A DNA stretch of 33,399 nucleotides from Gaiellales bacterium (GTDB lineage Bacteria > Actinomycetota > Thermoleophilia > Gaiellales > F1-60-MAGs149), in NCBI GenBank assembly GCA_049433345.1, contig JBMTER010000003.1, forward strand, positions 1 through 33,399. Direction: 5' to 3'. A program made the position numbers and the translations under genes. How positions within the stretch are numbered: position 1 is the stretch's first letter; each line of letters starts with the position of its first letter. A model generated the notes under the pieces. The model did no database searches. It saw only the letters and a list, made by a program, of their open reading frames with translations, and was not told the DNA's origin. This document shows, piece after piece, positions 18,569 to 29,804 of the stretch.

Positions 18569-19464
18569 GCGTGGAGCAGAGCCCCGAGACGACCACCGCC
18601 ACGCCGCCCGCCGGCGTGCGCGAGGCGGGCCTCGGCACCCTCGACGTGACCGATCGCTCCGCGGCGGAGGCGACGCCGGTCGAGGAGCGCGAGGTCGTCT
18701 TCGACTGCGCCGGCGTCGGCGTGCGCTACAACGGCAAGCGCGCCCTGCGCGACGTCGACCTCCGCATCCACGCCAACGCGGTGACGGCGCTGATCGGCCC
18801 CTCGGGCTGCGGCAAGAGCACCTTCATCCGCTGCCTGAACCGGATGAACGACCTCATCCCGGGCGCCACCGTCGACGGCGGCGTGCGGTATCACGGCGAG
18901 GACCTCTACGACCCGCAGGTCGATCCGATCGAGGTCCGCAAGCGGATCGGGATGGTCTTCCAGAAGCCGAACCCGTTCCCGAAGTCGATCTACGACAACA
19001 TCGCCTTCGGCCCGCGCGTGCTCGGCATGAAGGACCAGCTCGACGAGCGCGTCGAGCAGGCGCTGCGTCGCGCCGTGCTCTGGGACGAGGTCAAGGATCG
19101 CCTGAAGGAGGGCGCGCTGGGACTCTCGGGCGGCCAGCAGCAGCGGCTCTGCATCGCCCGCGCGTTGGCCGTCGAGCCGGACGTGATCCTGATGGACGAG
19201 CCGTGCTCGGCGCTCGACCCGATCTCCACGTCGGCGATCGAGGACCTGATGCTGTCGCTCACCGACGAGTACACCGTGGTGATCGTCACGCACAACATGC
19301 AGCAGGCCGCGCGCGTCGCCGACATGACCGCGTTCTTCTCCGTCGACCAGGGGGAGACCGGTGCCCGCTGCGGCGTCCTCGTGGAGGTCGACCGCACCGA
19401 GCGCATCTTCACCAACCCGGCCAACGAGCGGACCGAGGCCTACGTGACGGGGCGCTTCGGATGA
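18565..19464 (+). CDS. pstB: Phosphate ABC transporter ATPase PstB
   Basis: [59 protein letters not shown]; GTG at 18565 overlaps the pstA stop (18571 also possible). Confidence 0.97.
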   Translation: MSVEQSPETTTATPPAGVREAGLGTLDVTDRSAAEATPVEEREVVFDCAGVGVRYNGKRALRDVDLRIHANAVTALIGPSGCGKSTFIRCLNRMNDLIPGATVDGGVRYHGEDLYDPQVDPIEVRKRIGMVFQKPNPFPKSIYDNIAFGPRVLGMKDQLDERVEQALRRAVLWDEVKDRLKEGALGLSGGQQQRLCIARALAVEPDVILMDEPCSALDPISTSAIEDLMLSLTDEYTVVIVTHNMQQAARVADMTAFFSVDQGETGARCGVLVEVDRTERIFTNPANERTEAYVTGRFG

Positions 19465-20129
19465 GAGAGGGCTTCCAGGAGGAGCTCGACGGGCTCTGCG
19501 CGGCCGTGCTCGAGGAGGGGCGTATCGCCGCCGGCGCCGTCGCGGAGGCGACGCGCGCGCTCGTCGACTGGAGCGTCGAGGCCTTCGAGGCGACCGTCGC
19601 CGCCGAGTCGGACCTGAAGCGGCTCTACCTCGAGACCGAGGCGCACGTCGAGACCATCGTCGCGCGTCAGGCGCCCGTGGCGAGCGACCTGCGCACGGTG
19701 CTCGCCGTGCTGCACATCAACCGCAGTCTCGAGCGGGCGGCCCACAACGCGGCGCGCATCGCGCACCTCGCGACGCCGCCTCCGCGCCGCGCGCTGGTCG
19801 AGGAGGCCGTGATCACGGACGCGCTGCGCGCGATGGGGGAGCGAGGTGCCGAGATGCTACGCACAGCGGTCGACGCGTTCGACCGCCGCGATCCCGGCGC
19901 CGACCGCCTGCTGGCCGCCCTCGACGAGCTCGTCGATCGCGAGAACGAGAAGATCGCCGAGACGATCCTGACGATCGACATCAACGACCCCGAGCTGCGC
20001 CAGTGGGCGTCGCGGATGCTGTTCGCCGCGCGCTGGCTGGAGCGGGTCGGAGACCATGCCGTCAACGTCGGCGAGCGCGTCACCTACATGGTGACGGGCG
20101 AGTCGCCGGCGGTCGAGCACACCGGCTGA
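19461..20129 (+). CDS. phoU: Phosphate signalling protein PhoU
   Basis: ATG overlaps the pstB stop; [11 protein letters not shown] and [21 protein letters not shown] motifs. Confidence 0.92.
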   Translation: MREGFQEELDGLCAAVLEEGRIAAGAVAEATRALVDWSVEAFEATVAAESDLKRLYLETEAHVETIVARQAPVASDLRTVLAVLHINRSLERAAHNAARIAHLATPPPRRALVEEAVITDALRAMGERGAEMLRTAVDAFDRRDPGADRLLAALDELVDRENEKIAETILTIDINDPELRQWASRMLFAARWLERVGDHAVNVGERVTYMVTGESPAVEHTG

Positions 20130-20142
20130 GACGGCTGCGAGG

Positions 20143-20217
20143 GGTGAGCGGTGGGACTCGAACCCACGACCGCCGGGACCACAACCCGGAGCTACCACCA
20201 GCTGAGCTACGCCCACC
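20143..20217 (-). tRNA. tRNA-His (anticodon GTG), including genomic G-1
   Basis: Reverse complement GGTGGGCGTAGCTCAGCTGGTGGTAGCTCCGGGTTGTGGTCCCGGCGGTCGTGGGTTCGAGTCCCACCGCTCACC: CCGGG/CCCGG stem with TT-GTG-GT loop, G-1:C73 identity pair; followed by CCT rather than CCA. Confidence 0.93.
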
Positions 20218-20290
20218 ACGGCCCGCCTCCGGCGGACGGCGGGAGCATACACCGACTGCCGCGGCAGAGGTCGCGGGCTAGGATCGTGCG

Positions 20291-21022
20291 ATGGCGACCG
20301 TCCTGATCGTCGAGGACGACGAGGTCCTCGCCGGCGTCATGCGCCGCCACCTGACCCAGGCCGGCCACGACGTGGAGTGGGCGGCGGACGGGGAGCGCGG
20401 CCTCAAGAAGATCCGCTTCGAGCGCCCCGACGTCTGCGTCGTCGACCTGATGATGCCCGGCACCGACGGCTGGGGGGTGATCGAGCAGATGCGGGCCGAG
20501 GGGCTGGAGACGCCTGTGATCGTGCTGTCGGCACGCTCCTCCGAGCACGACAAGGTGCACACGCTCGGCATCGGCGCGGACGACTACCTCGTCAAGCCGG
20601 CCTCGATGAGGGAGCTCGTGGCGCGCGTCGGCGCCGCGCTGCGCCGATCCGGCCAGGGACGGAGCGACGCAGAGCGCGCGCGCGAGGATGGCGAGATCAC
20701 CGCCGAGGGGATCCGCATCGACTTCAAGACGCATCGTGCGCTCGTCGAGTCGGCTCCCGGCCAGTGGACGGACTGCGAGCTGACCGTCCGCGAGTTCCGC
20801 CTGCTCGTCACGCTCGCGCGCGACGAGGGGCGCGTGCTCAGTCGCGACGAGCTGCAGCAGCGGGTCTGGGGCACGCCGCACCGCCCGCGCGATCGCATCG
20901 TCGACGTGTGCGTGCGCAAGATCCGCGAGAAGGTCGATCACCGCTCGCCGACGCGCGACTTCGTGCACACGCACTACGGCGTCGGCTACCGCTTCGAATC
21001 CGAGCCGAAGGCCGACGCCTAG
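20291..21022 (+). CDS. OmpR/PhoB-family response regulator (copy 1)
   Basis: Receiver domain (VEDD, VDLMMP, GADDYLVKP) plus winged helix (LTVREFRLL, VLSRDEL, VDVCVRKIREK, GVGYRF). Confidence 0.93.
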   Translation: MATVLIVEDDEVLAGVMRRHLTQAGHDVEWAADGERGLKKIRFERPDVCVVDLMMPGTDGWGVIEQMRAEGLETPVIVLSARSSEHDKVHTLGIGADDYLVKPASMRELVARVGAALRRSGQGRSDAERAREDGEITAEGIRIDFKTHRALVESAPGQWTDCELTVREFRLLVTLARDEGRVLSRDELQQRVWGTPHRPRDRIVDVCVRKIREKVDHRSPTRDFVHTHYGVGYRFESEPKADA

Positions 21023-22097
21023 GCCGCGATCGGGAGACGGACGCGCAGCAGGGTGCCGCGCTGGCCGTCCGACTCGGCGACGACGTCGCCGCCATGCGCC
21101 TCGACGATGTGCTTGACGAGCGCGAGCCCGAGCCCCGAGCCCGGGCCGGTGCGCGAGGCGTCGCCGCGGTAGAAGCGCTGGAACACGTAGGGCAGATGCT
21201 GCGCCGGGATGCCGATCCCGTCGTCGCGCACCACGAGCACCGCTACCTCCGCCTCGATCCGCAGCTCCACGTCGACGGCCGCGCCCTGCCCGCCGTGGAT
21301 GAGGGCGTTGTCGACGAGGTTCTGGACGACGACCTCGCAGAGGCGCACGGCCACGGGCACCTCGGCGGCATCCGGCGTCTGCACGCGGATGACGCGGCCG
21401 CGCCCGAGGCGCCGGCTGCGCGCATCGTCGACGACACCGCGCACGACGCCGGCGAGGTCGGCGACGCCGTCGGCGACCGCGAGCCGCCCCCGGTCGAGCG
21501 CCGCCAGCAGCAGCATCTCGTCGATCAGCCGACGCATGCCCTCGACCTCGTTCTCGATCTGGACCGCGAGCTCAGCCCGATCCTCGTCGATATCGGGCAG
21601 GGCGAGGGTCTCCGCGAGCCCGAGGATGCGCGCCAGGGGCGTGCGCAGCTCGTGCGAGACGGCGGCGGAGAAGGTGCGCCGCGCCTCCTCGAAGTCGATG
21701 TCCTCCGTCGCATCGACGATGGCGACGAGGACGTCGTTCCCCCAGCCGGAGGCGGTGATGCGCAGGGAGCGCGGGGGGTCGCCGAGGATCACCGACTCGC
21801 GCGTCACGCCGTGCAGGCCGCCCGCGCCCTCGACGATGCGGGCGAACGATTCGGAGACGCCGCGCAGGGGAGCTCCCTCGTCGACGCCGACGGCCAGCGA
21901 GCGGGCGGCGCCATTGGCGTAGGCGATGCGCCCGTCCGAATCGACCAGGACCAGCGCCACCGGCACGATCGCGCCGACCAGCGCCAGATCCGGCGCGCGC
22001 TCGTCGACGGGCTCCGGCGGCGACGGCGGATGTCGATCGCGAGCAGCGCCGCCACGACCAGGGCACCCGCGACGATCAGGGCCGCTTCGGGAGACAC
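21019..22097 (-). CDS. PhoR/SenX3-like sensor histidine kinase with apparent 1-nt frameshift near 22015-22025
   Basis: H-box SHELRTPL, N-box NLVDNAL, DDGIGIP, FQRFYRGD, GSGLGLALVK, with a PAS-like segment. The N-terminal TM helix (GTG 22097, VSPEAALIVAGALVVAALLAIDIRRRR) lies in a different frame from the kinase body. Confidence 0.85.
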
Positions 22098-22207
22098 ACG
22101 CCCAGCATAGGCGGCACGTCCGTGCCGCCGCCGCGTACACCGGATCGATACCGGCCCGCCACCGCCGCGCAACCCACGGCCCGCCGTTCGGCCCGTAGCG
22201 TGACGCC

Positions 22208-22933
22208 ATGCCGAGCATCCTCGTGATCGAGGACGATCCCGTTCTCGGAAAGGCGATGGCCATGCACCTGCGCCACGCCGGCTACGACGTCGATCTCGCG
22301 GAGGATGGCGAGCGTGGCCTGCGGCGGATGCAGCACCATCGCCCCGACGTGGCCGTCGTCGACCTGATGCTGCCCGGCGTCGACGGCTGGGCGGTGACCG
22401 AGACCATCCGGCGCGACCACGGGGGCGTGCCGGTGATCGTCGTTTCGGCGCGCGGCTCGGAGCACGACAAGGTCCACACCCTCGAGATCGGGGCCGACGA
22501 CTACCTCTCGAAGCCATTCGGGATGCGAGAGCTGGTGGCCCGCATCGAGGCGCTGATGCGCCGCTCGCGGCTGGTGGCGACGACCGTTCCGCGCGGCGAC
22601 GCCATCGTGGTGGAGGGACTGCGCGTCGATCCGAACCTGCAGCGCGCCTTCGTGCGCGTGCTGCCCGGGCAGCCGGAGGGCGAGTGGGAGGATGCGCAGC
22701 TGACGCCGACCGAGTTCCGCCTGATCGTCGCCCTCGCGCGCGCGGAGGGGGTGGCCCTCAGCCGCGACGAGCTGCAGCGGCGCGTCTGGGGTACGCCGTA
22801 CCGGTATCGAGACAGAACCGTCGACGTCTGCGTGCGCAAGCTGCGCGAGAAGGTCGATCGGCGCAGCCCGACGCACGACTACGTGCATACGCACTACGGC
22901 GTCGGCTACCGCTTCGCCGCCGAATCGTCCTGA
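22208..22933 (+). CDS. OmpR/PhoB-family response regulator (copy 2)
   Basis: IEDD, VDLMLP, GADDYLSKPF, LTPTEFRL, VDVCVRKLREK, GVGYRF; close paralogue of 20291..21022. Confidence 0.93.
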   Translation: MPSILVIEDDPVLGKAMAMHLRHAGYDVDLAEDGERGLRRMQHHRPDVAVVDLMLPGVDGWAVTETIRRDHGGVPVIVVSARGSEHDKVHTLEIGADDYLSKPFGMRELVARIEALMRRSRLVATTVPRGDAIVVEGLRVDPNLQRAFVRVLPGQPEGEWEDAQLTPTEFRLIVALARAEGVALSRDELQRRVWGTPYRYRDRTVDVCVRKLREKVDRRSPTHDYVHTHYGVGYRFAAESS

Positions 22934-22962
22934 CGCCGCCGGCGCCCGGATACACTGGGCAC

Positions 22963-23766
22963 GTGCTCGAGATCGGCACCATCCTGCGCTCCGCACGCGA
23001 GCGGCGCGGCCTCGGTATCGACGAGGCGGCGGAGGCCACGAAGATCCGGCCCGCGTACCTCGACGCCATCGAGGAGGAGGCCTTCGAGCGGCTGCCGGGA
23101 CCGACCTACGCGCGCGGCTTCCTGCGCGCCTACGCGGAGTACCTGGGGCTCGACGCGCAGCCGCTGATCGATGAGTTCTCGGAGCGCTTCTCGACGGCGC
23201 CGTGGGAGCTCGACGACGACGTCATGTTCCCGCGCCGCCGCGGCCCGCGCGCCGACGCGCGCGCCAGTCGCAGCTCGGGGATCATCGTCGTCGCACTGGC
23301 GGGGATCGTCGCGGTCGCCGTGCTCGTCGTGATCGCCGCGACCTACCCGTCGGGACCCGACCAGCCGCTGCCCGAGGACGCCGGCACCACCTCCGTGGTG
23401 ACGGTGACGGAAGAGGCCGTCAACCCCGTCGCCACGGCCGTCACCGCCGAGACGGAGCCCCAGACGACACAGGCGCAGGCCCCCGTGACGCTGCGGATCC
23501 GGCCGCTCGCGCAGGTCACCGTGACGGTGCGCGCGCTCGACGAGCCCGAGGCGATCCCGCCGCTCTTCCAGAGGGAGATCGAGCCCGATCCGGAGCAGCC
23601 GCAGGCGCAGGGCATCCTGATGCCGCGGTCCACGACCGGCTACACGGTGCGCATCGATCGACCCGGCACGATCATTCTCGAGGTCAACGGCAGCCAGGTG
23701 GTTCCCGGCGACGGCGACAGGCTGCTGACGATCGATCCCGACGGCCGCGTGGCGGCGATCGAGTGA
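22963..23766 (+). CDS. RodZ-like membrane-anchored helix-turn-helix protein
   Basis: GTG at 22963; IGTILRSARERRGL...TKIRPAYLDAIEEE.F..LPG..YARGFLRAYAEYLGLD, then one TM helix and an extracytoplasmic tail. Confidence 0.88.
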   Translation: MLEIGTILRSARERRGLGIDEAAEATKIRPAYLDAIEEEAFERLPGPTYARGFLRAYAEYLGLDAQPLIDEFSERFSTAPWELDDDVMFPRRRGPRADARASRSSGIIVVALAGIVAVAVLVVIAATYPSGPDQPLPEDAGTTSVVTVTEEAVNPVATAVTAETEPQTTQAQAPVTLRIRPLAQVTVTVRALDEPEAIPPLFQREIEPDPEQPQAQGILMPRSTTGYTVRIDRPGTIILEVNGSQVVPGDGDRLLTIDPDGRVAAIE

Positions 23767-25049
23767 GCCGCCGCACCGCAGCCGTCCTCGTGACGGGATC
23801 CGAGATCCTGCTCGGCCGCACCCAGGACCGCAACAGCGGCACCCTCGCCCGCTCGCTGGACCTCCACGGGGTGCGCCTCGAGCGCGTCGTCGCCGTCGAC
23901 GATCGCGCGGAGCAGCTGCGTACGGCGCTCGACGAGCTGCTCGGAGCCGGCTTCGACCTGGTCGTGACCTCAGGGGGTCTCGGGCCGACGCACGACGATC
24001 GCACCGTGGCCATCGTCGCGGAGGCCACGGGAAGGCCACTGGTCCTCGACCAGGCGGCGCTCGACGAGATCACGGCCATCGTTACCGGCTACGCCGAGGT
24101 GCGCGGCGTCCCGGTCGATCGGCTCCTGCCCGGGGCGCGCAAGCAGGCGATGGTGCCGGAGGGCTCCCACGTCCTGTCGCCGTCGGGCACCGCGCCGGGC
24201 GTGATCGTGCCGGGCCCGACCACGGTGGTCGTGCTGCCCGGACCGCCGACGGAGCTCCAGGAGGTGTGGGGGAGGGCCCTTGTCCATCCCGCGCTGGCCG
24301 GGATCCTCGGAGCCCGGCCCGATCGTCGCATCCTGCGCATCTGGAACGTGCCCGAGTCGACCGTGGCCCGCCGCTTCGAGGAGCTCGGCGGCGACGAGGG
24401 CGGCACCGAGACCTCGATCTGCGCATCCCGGTTGGAGGTGGAGGTCGTCGTCCGCTTCGGCTCCGAGACCGCAGGCGCCGCCCACGCCCTCGCCGACGGG
24501 ATCGCGGACGAGTTCGGCGCGGCGGTCTACGCGCAGGACGACGCCAGCCTCGAGGAGCGCGTGGTGCGTGAGCTCGTCGCGCGCGCCTGGACTATCGCGA
24601 CGGCCGAATCCTGCACCGCCGGGCTGGTCTCCGCGCGGATCGCCTCCGTGCCCGGCGCCTCGGCCGCGCTGCTGGGCGGCGTCGCCGCGTACGCGAACGC
24701 GGTCAAGGAGGACCTCGTCGGAGTGCCGGCGGCACTGATCGCCGAGCACGGAGCCGTCAGCGCCGAGGTCGCCGTCGCCCTCGCCGAGGGTATTCGCGCG
24801 CGCCTCGGGGCGGACGTCGGGGTCGGCATCACGGGCGTGGCGGGACCGGACGGCGGCAGCCCCGACAAGCCCGTCGGGCTGGTCCACATCGCGGTCGTCG
24901 GCCCCGGCGGCCGGGAGACGCTGATGCGCCGCTTCCCCGGCGATCGGGATGCCGTTCGCACCAACTCGGCGACGGCGGCGCTGCACCTCGTGCGCCTGCT
25001 GCTCGACGCATCGGCTCCCCTCGCCGACGCGCGCGTCCCCGGCGCGTAA
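23763..25049 (+). CDS. cinA: CinA-family protein (molybdopterin-binding-like domain plus NMN deamidase PncC domain)
   Basis: [55 protein letters not shown]...KPVGLV; directly upstream of recA. Confidence 0.93.
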   Translation: MSRRTAAVLVTGSEILLGRTQDRNSGTLARSLDLHGVRLERVVAVDDRAEQLRTALDELLGAGFDLVVTSGGLGPTHDDRTVAIVAEATGRPLVLDQAALDEITAIVTGYAEVRGVPVDRLLPGARKQAMVPEGSHVLSPSGTAPGVIVPGPTTVVVLPGPPTELQEVWGRALVHPALAGILGARPDRRILRIWNVPESTVARRFEELGGDEGGTETSICASRLEVEVVVRFGSETAGAAHALADGIADEFGAAVYAQDDASLEERVVRELVARAWTIATAESCTAGLVSARIASVPGASAALLGGVAAYANAVKEDLVGVPAALIAEHGAVSAEVAVALAEGIRARLGADVGVGITGVAGPDGGSPDKPVGLVHIAVVGPGGRETLMRRFPGDRDAVRTNSATAALHLVRLLLDASAPLADARVPGA

Positions 25050-25081
25050 GCGTCCGGCTCGCGGAGCATACTCTCGGGCAG

Positions 25082-25093
25082 GAACACGCAATC
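25082..25093 (+). promoter_or_regulatory. Weak candidate LexA (SOS) box upstream of recA
   Basis: GAAC-ACGC-AATC versus Gram-positive GAAC-N4-GTTC (two mismatches), just downstream of a CATACT -10-like hexamer. Confidence 0.25.
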
Positions 25094-25126
25094 TCACCAC
25101 CCGGCGCGCGCCGGCAGGGGGTCATC

Positions 25127-26218
<1,092 letters not shown>

Positions 26219-26225
26219 GCGCCGC

Positions 26226-26813
26226 ATGCCGGAGCGCGTCGTGACGAGGATCGCGACGCGCTCCGGGCAGCGGCTCGACGTCGAGCTCGACGGAGACCGC
26301 TGGCTGCCCCTCGCCGCCGCCACCGTCGTGCGCCTCGGCCTCGCGCGCGACGCGCCCGTATCCGAGAAGACGCGGCTCGAGGCCGAGCGCCTCGCCGCCG
26401 AGGAACGCGCTCTGGCCCGCGGCGCCCGCCTCGTCGGTCGTCGCTCGCACGCCCGCGACGAACTCGAGGGCAGGCTCGCACGGGCTGACGGACCGGAGGC
26501 GGCCCGCGTGGCCGTCGACCGTCTCGATGCCCTGGGGGTACTCGACGACGAACGTCACGCGCGGGAACTCGCGCGGCGCCGCCTACTGGACGGCTGGGGC
26601 CCCGAACGCATCCGCCACGACCTCGTGGCGGCCGGCGTCGCCGCCGACCTCGTCGAGACTTCGATCGACGACATCCCACAGGAAGACCTGCTCGCGGCCG
26701 CCTCCCGCGCGATCGGCGATCGCACGGGGCCGGAGGCCTGGCGTCGGCTCGCCGCGCGCGGCTTCGGCGAGGACATGGCCGAGCGGCTGCTCGGCGTGCC
26801 TCCGGACGCCTGA
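26226..26813 (+). CDS. recX: RecX-family regulatory protein
   Basis: ATG at 26226 just after recA; RRSHARDEL..RL, LGVLDDERHA, GWGPERIRHDL..AGV, RRLAARGF helical-repeat motifs. Confidence 0.85.
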   Translation: MPERVVTRIATRSGQRLDVELDGDRWLPLAAATVVRLGLARDAPVSEKTRLEAERLAAEERALARGARLVGRRSHARDELEGRLARADGPEAARVAVDRLDALGVLDDERHARELARRRLLDGWGPERIRHDLVAAGVAADLVETSIDDIPQEDLLAAASRAIGDRTGPEAWRRLAARGFGEDMAERLLGVPPDA

Positions 26814-26906
26814 CGGGACCCCCGTCCGCATCGCGCTACCCTTCGGCGGAGATGATTCCGCCGTCCCGCGAGGGGTGGCTCGTTCCACGACATTCTGGAG
26901 ATCACT

Positions 26907-28475
26907 GTGCTCGAGACCGTGATCGCGGCAGTCGCCGCGCTGGTCATAGGCCTAGTCGTCGGCGCCGTCGGCGTGCGGTCGATCATGGGCGGACGCGATC
27001 GGTCCGCTGAGGAGGACGCCCTGCGGGAGATCGACGGACTGCGATCCGACGCGCAGTCCGCTGTGGCCAACGCGCATCGCGAGGCCGAGACGATCCGCAA
27101 GGAGGCCGCCCTCGACGCCAAGGAGCAGCTGCACGAGCTTCGCCGCGAACTGGAGCAGGCCCTCGACGAGCGGCGCGTCGAGCTATCACGGCTCGAGGAG
27201 CGGGTGGCGACGCGCGAGGAGGCCCTCAGCCGCGCCGAGCTCGCCGTCGTGGAGCGCGAGCACGGCATCGGGCAGCGCGAGGCTGAGCTCGCCGACGGGG
27301 AGTCCCGGCTCGCGGAGTCCCGCGCGCGCACCGAACGCGAGCTCGAGCGGATCGGCGGCATGACCGCGGATGAGGCCCGGACCCAGATCCTCCAGCGAGT
27401 CGAGGAGGCGGCCCGTCATGACGCGGCCCAGCTCGTGCGGCGGATCGAGGAGGAGGCCCGCCAGGATGGCGACCGACGGGCGCGCTCGATCATCGCCACG
27501 GGCATCCAGCGAACGGCATCCAGCTACGCGGCCGCCACGACGGTGTCGGCCGTGCCGCTGCCATCCGACGACGTCAAGGGCCGCATCATCGGGCGCGAGG
27601 GGCGCAACATCCGCGCGCTGGAGGCGATCACCGGCGTCGACGTGATCATCGACGACACCCCCGGCGCGGTCGCCCTGAGCGCCTTCGACGGCGTCCGGCG
27701 CGAGGTCGCCCGGATCACGCTCGAGAAGCTCGTCGCCGACGGCCGCATCCACCCGGCCCGCATCGAGGAGACCTACTACCAGGCCAAGGAGGAGATCGAC
27801 GAGCGGATCCGCGAGGCCGGGGAGCAGGCCTCCTTCGAGGCGAACGTCCCGGGGCTCGACCCGGAGCTGATCGCGATCCTGGGCCGCCTCAACTACCGCA
27901 CCTCGTACGGCCAGAACGTGCTCAAGCACTCGCTCGAGTGCGCGCACCTCGCCGCGATCATGGCGGTCGAACTCGGCGCCGATGAGCGCGTCGCGCGCCG
28001 CGCCGCGCTCCTGCACGACATCGGCAAGGCCGTCACCCACGAGGTCGAAGGACCGCACGCGCTGATCTCCGGACAGTTCTGCCGCAAGTTCGGGGAGGGC
28101 GAGGCCGTCTGCCACGCGGTGGAGGCCCACCACTACGACGTCGAGCCGGACTCGGTCGAGGCCGTCCTCGTGATCGCCGCGGACGCCATCTCGGCCGCCC
28201 GGCCCGGCGCCCGCGGCGAGAGCCTCGAGCAGTACATCAAGCGGCTCGAGTCCCTCGAGGAGATCGCGACCCGTCGGCCCGGCGTCGAGCGCTGCTTCGC
28301 GATGCAGGCCGGCCGTGACGTGCGGGTGATGGTCAAGCCGGGTGAGGTCGACGACGCCATGGCAGCCCTGCTCGCCCGTGAGATCGCCAAGGAAATCGAG
28401 GACACGCTCGAGTATCCGGGGCAGATCAAGGTGACCGTGATCCGCGAGTCCCGCACCAGCGAGCTCGCCCGCTAG
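26907..28475 (+). CDS. rny: Ribonuclease Y
   Basis: N-terminal TM, coiled coil, KH domain ([13 protein letters not shown]), HD domain (LLHDIGK), [24 protein letters not shown]. Confidence 0.97.
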   Translation: MLETVIAAVAALVIGLVVGAVGVRSIMGGRDRSAEEDALREIDGLRSDAQSAVANAHREAETIRKEAALDAKEQLHELRRELEQALDERRVELSRLEERVATREEALSRAELAVVEREHGIGQREAELADGESRLAESRARTERELERIGGMTADEARTQILQRVEEAARHDAAQLVRRIEEEARQDGDRRARSIIATGIQRTASSYAAATTVSAVPLPSDDVKGRIIGREGRNIRALEAITGVDVIIDDTPGAVALSAFDGVRREVARITLEKLVADGRIHPARIEETYYQAKEEIDERIREAGEQASFEANVPGLDPELIAILGRLNYRTSYGQNVLKHSLECAHLAAIMAVELGADERVARRAALLHDIGKAVTHEVEGPHALISGQFCRKFGEGEAVCHAVEAHHYDVEPDSVEAVLVIAADAISAARPGARGESLEQYIKRLESLEEIATRRPGVERCFAMQAGRDVRVMVKPGEVDDAMAALLAREIAKEIEDTLEYPGQIKVTVIRESRTSELAR

Positions 28476-28482
28476 GACCGCC

Positions 28483-29799
28483 ATGCTCCGCTACCACGTC
28501 ACGACGTTCGGCTGCCAGATGAACGTGCACGACTCGGAGCGGATCAAGGGCATGCTCGAGGCCGCCGGGATGGGGGAGGCGCCCGACCGGGACGCCGCCG
28601 ACGTCCTCGTCTTCAACACGTGCACCATCCGCGAGAAGGCCGACGACCGGCTCGTGCAGCACCTGCACGACGCGCGCGGCCGCAAGGAGCGCGACCCGCA
28701 CCTGCAGGTCGTGGTCGCCGGCTGCTGGGCCGAGTCGCAGCGCGACGCCATCTTCCGCGATTTCCCGTGGGTCGACGCCGCCGTGGGTCCCGGCCGGATC
28801 CGCTCGCTCGACCACGCCATGCGCGGCGACGGCGACGCCCGCGGAGCGTTCGGCAGCTTCGACGATTTCGCAGCCGACCTTCCGCAGCGGCGCGAGCGCG
28901 ACTTCCAGGCCTGGCTGCAGCTGTCGATGGGCTGCAACTCCGTCTGCAGCTACTGCATCGTGCCGAGCGTGCGCGGACGCGAGCGTTCGCGGCATCCCCG
29001 GGAGGTCCTCGCGGAGGCCCGCAGCCTCGCAGCGGACGGCGTGGTCGAGGTGATGCTGCTCGGGCAGAACGTCAACTCGTACGGGCGCGACCTGCCGCCG
29101 TCGGAGCGCTGCACCTTCGCGGAGATGCTGCGTGCCGTGGACGCCATCGACGGGATCACGCGCATCCGCTTTATGAGCCCGCACCCGAAGGACATGCGCG
29201 GCGACGTGATCGCCGCCATGGCTGAAAGCGAGGCGGTCTGCGAGCAGTTGCACCTGCCGCTGCAGTCGGGATCGAGCCGCCTCCTCAAGCGCATGCGCCG
29301 GACGTACGACCAGGCTCGCTACCTCGAGCTGGTCGGACGCCTGCGGGAGGCCATGCCCGACATCGCCCTGACGACCGACGTGATCGTCGGCTTCCCCGGC
29401 GAGTCCGAGGCGGACTTCCAGGACACCCTTGACGTGTACGACGCCGTCGGATTCGACCACGCCTTCACGTTCATCTACTCGCCGCGCACCGGAACCGAGG
29501 CCGCGGGCTTCGAGGATCAGGTTCCCGACGAGGTCAAGCACGAGCGGCTCGAGCGGCTCGTCGAGGTCGTCCAGCGGCACGCCGCTCGACGCAACGCCGC
29601 ACTGGTCGGAACGCTGCAGGAGGTGCTGTCGGAAGGCCCGAGCCGTACCGATCAGGGCGTCTGTCGCGGCAAGACGCGCGGCAACAAGACCGCACTGTTC
29701 ACCCCAGCCGCGCCCGCGGGCACCGTCGTCGCGGTCCGCGTCGAGGAGACGACCTCGCAGACGCTGCGCGGCACGCTCGAGAGTCCCGTCCCCGCCTGA
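28483..29799 (+). CDS. miaB: tRNA-2-methylthio-N6-dimethylallyladenosine synthase MiaB
   Basis: TFGCQMNVHDSE, NTCTIREKA, radical-SAM CNSVCSYC, LLGQNVNSYG, HLPLQSGS, IVGFPGE, C-terminal TRAM-like region. Confidence 0.97.
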   Translation: MLRYHVTTFGCQMNVHDSERIKGMLEAAGMGEAPDRDAADVLVFNTCTIREKADDRLVQHLHDARGRKERDPHLQVVVAGCWAESQRDAIFRDFPWVDAAVGPGRIRSLDHAMRGDGDARGAFGSFDDFAADLPQRRERDFQAWLQLSMGCNSVCSYCIVPSVRGRERSRHPREVLAEARSLAADGVVEVMLLGQNVNSYGRDLPPSERCTFAEMLRAVDAIDGITRIRFMSPHPKDMRGDVIAAMAESEAVCEQLHLPLQSGSSRLLKRMRRTYDQARYLELVGRLREAMPDIALTTDVIVGFPGESEADFQDTLDVYDAVGFDHAFTFIYSPRTGTEAAGFEDQVPDEVKHERLERLVEVVQRHAARRNAALVGTLQEVLSEGPSRTDQGVCRGKTRGNKTALFTPAAPAGTVVAVRVEETTSQTLRGTLESPVPA

Positions 29800-29804
29800 G
29801 CGCG

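Noticed and set aside
11239-20217. Region bounded by two tRNAs as a genomic island
   Set aside because: The tRNAs are different isotypes, with no direct repeats or mobility genes, and the cargo (ppk1, pst) is core-like.
20820-22925. Repeated DNA segments about 1.9 kb apart
   Set aside because: Explained by the paralogous C-terminal coding regions of the two response regulators, not a CRISPR array or mobile-element repeat.
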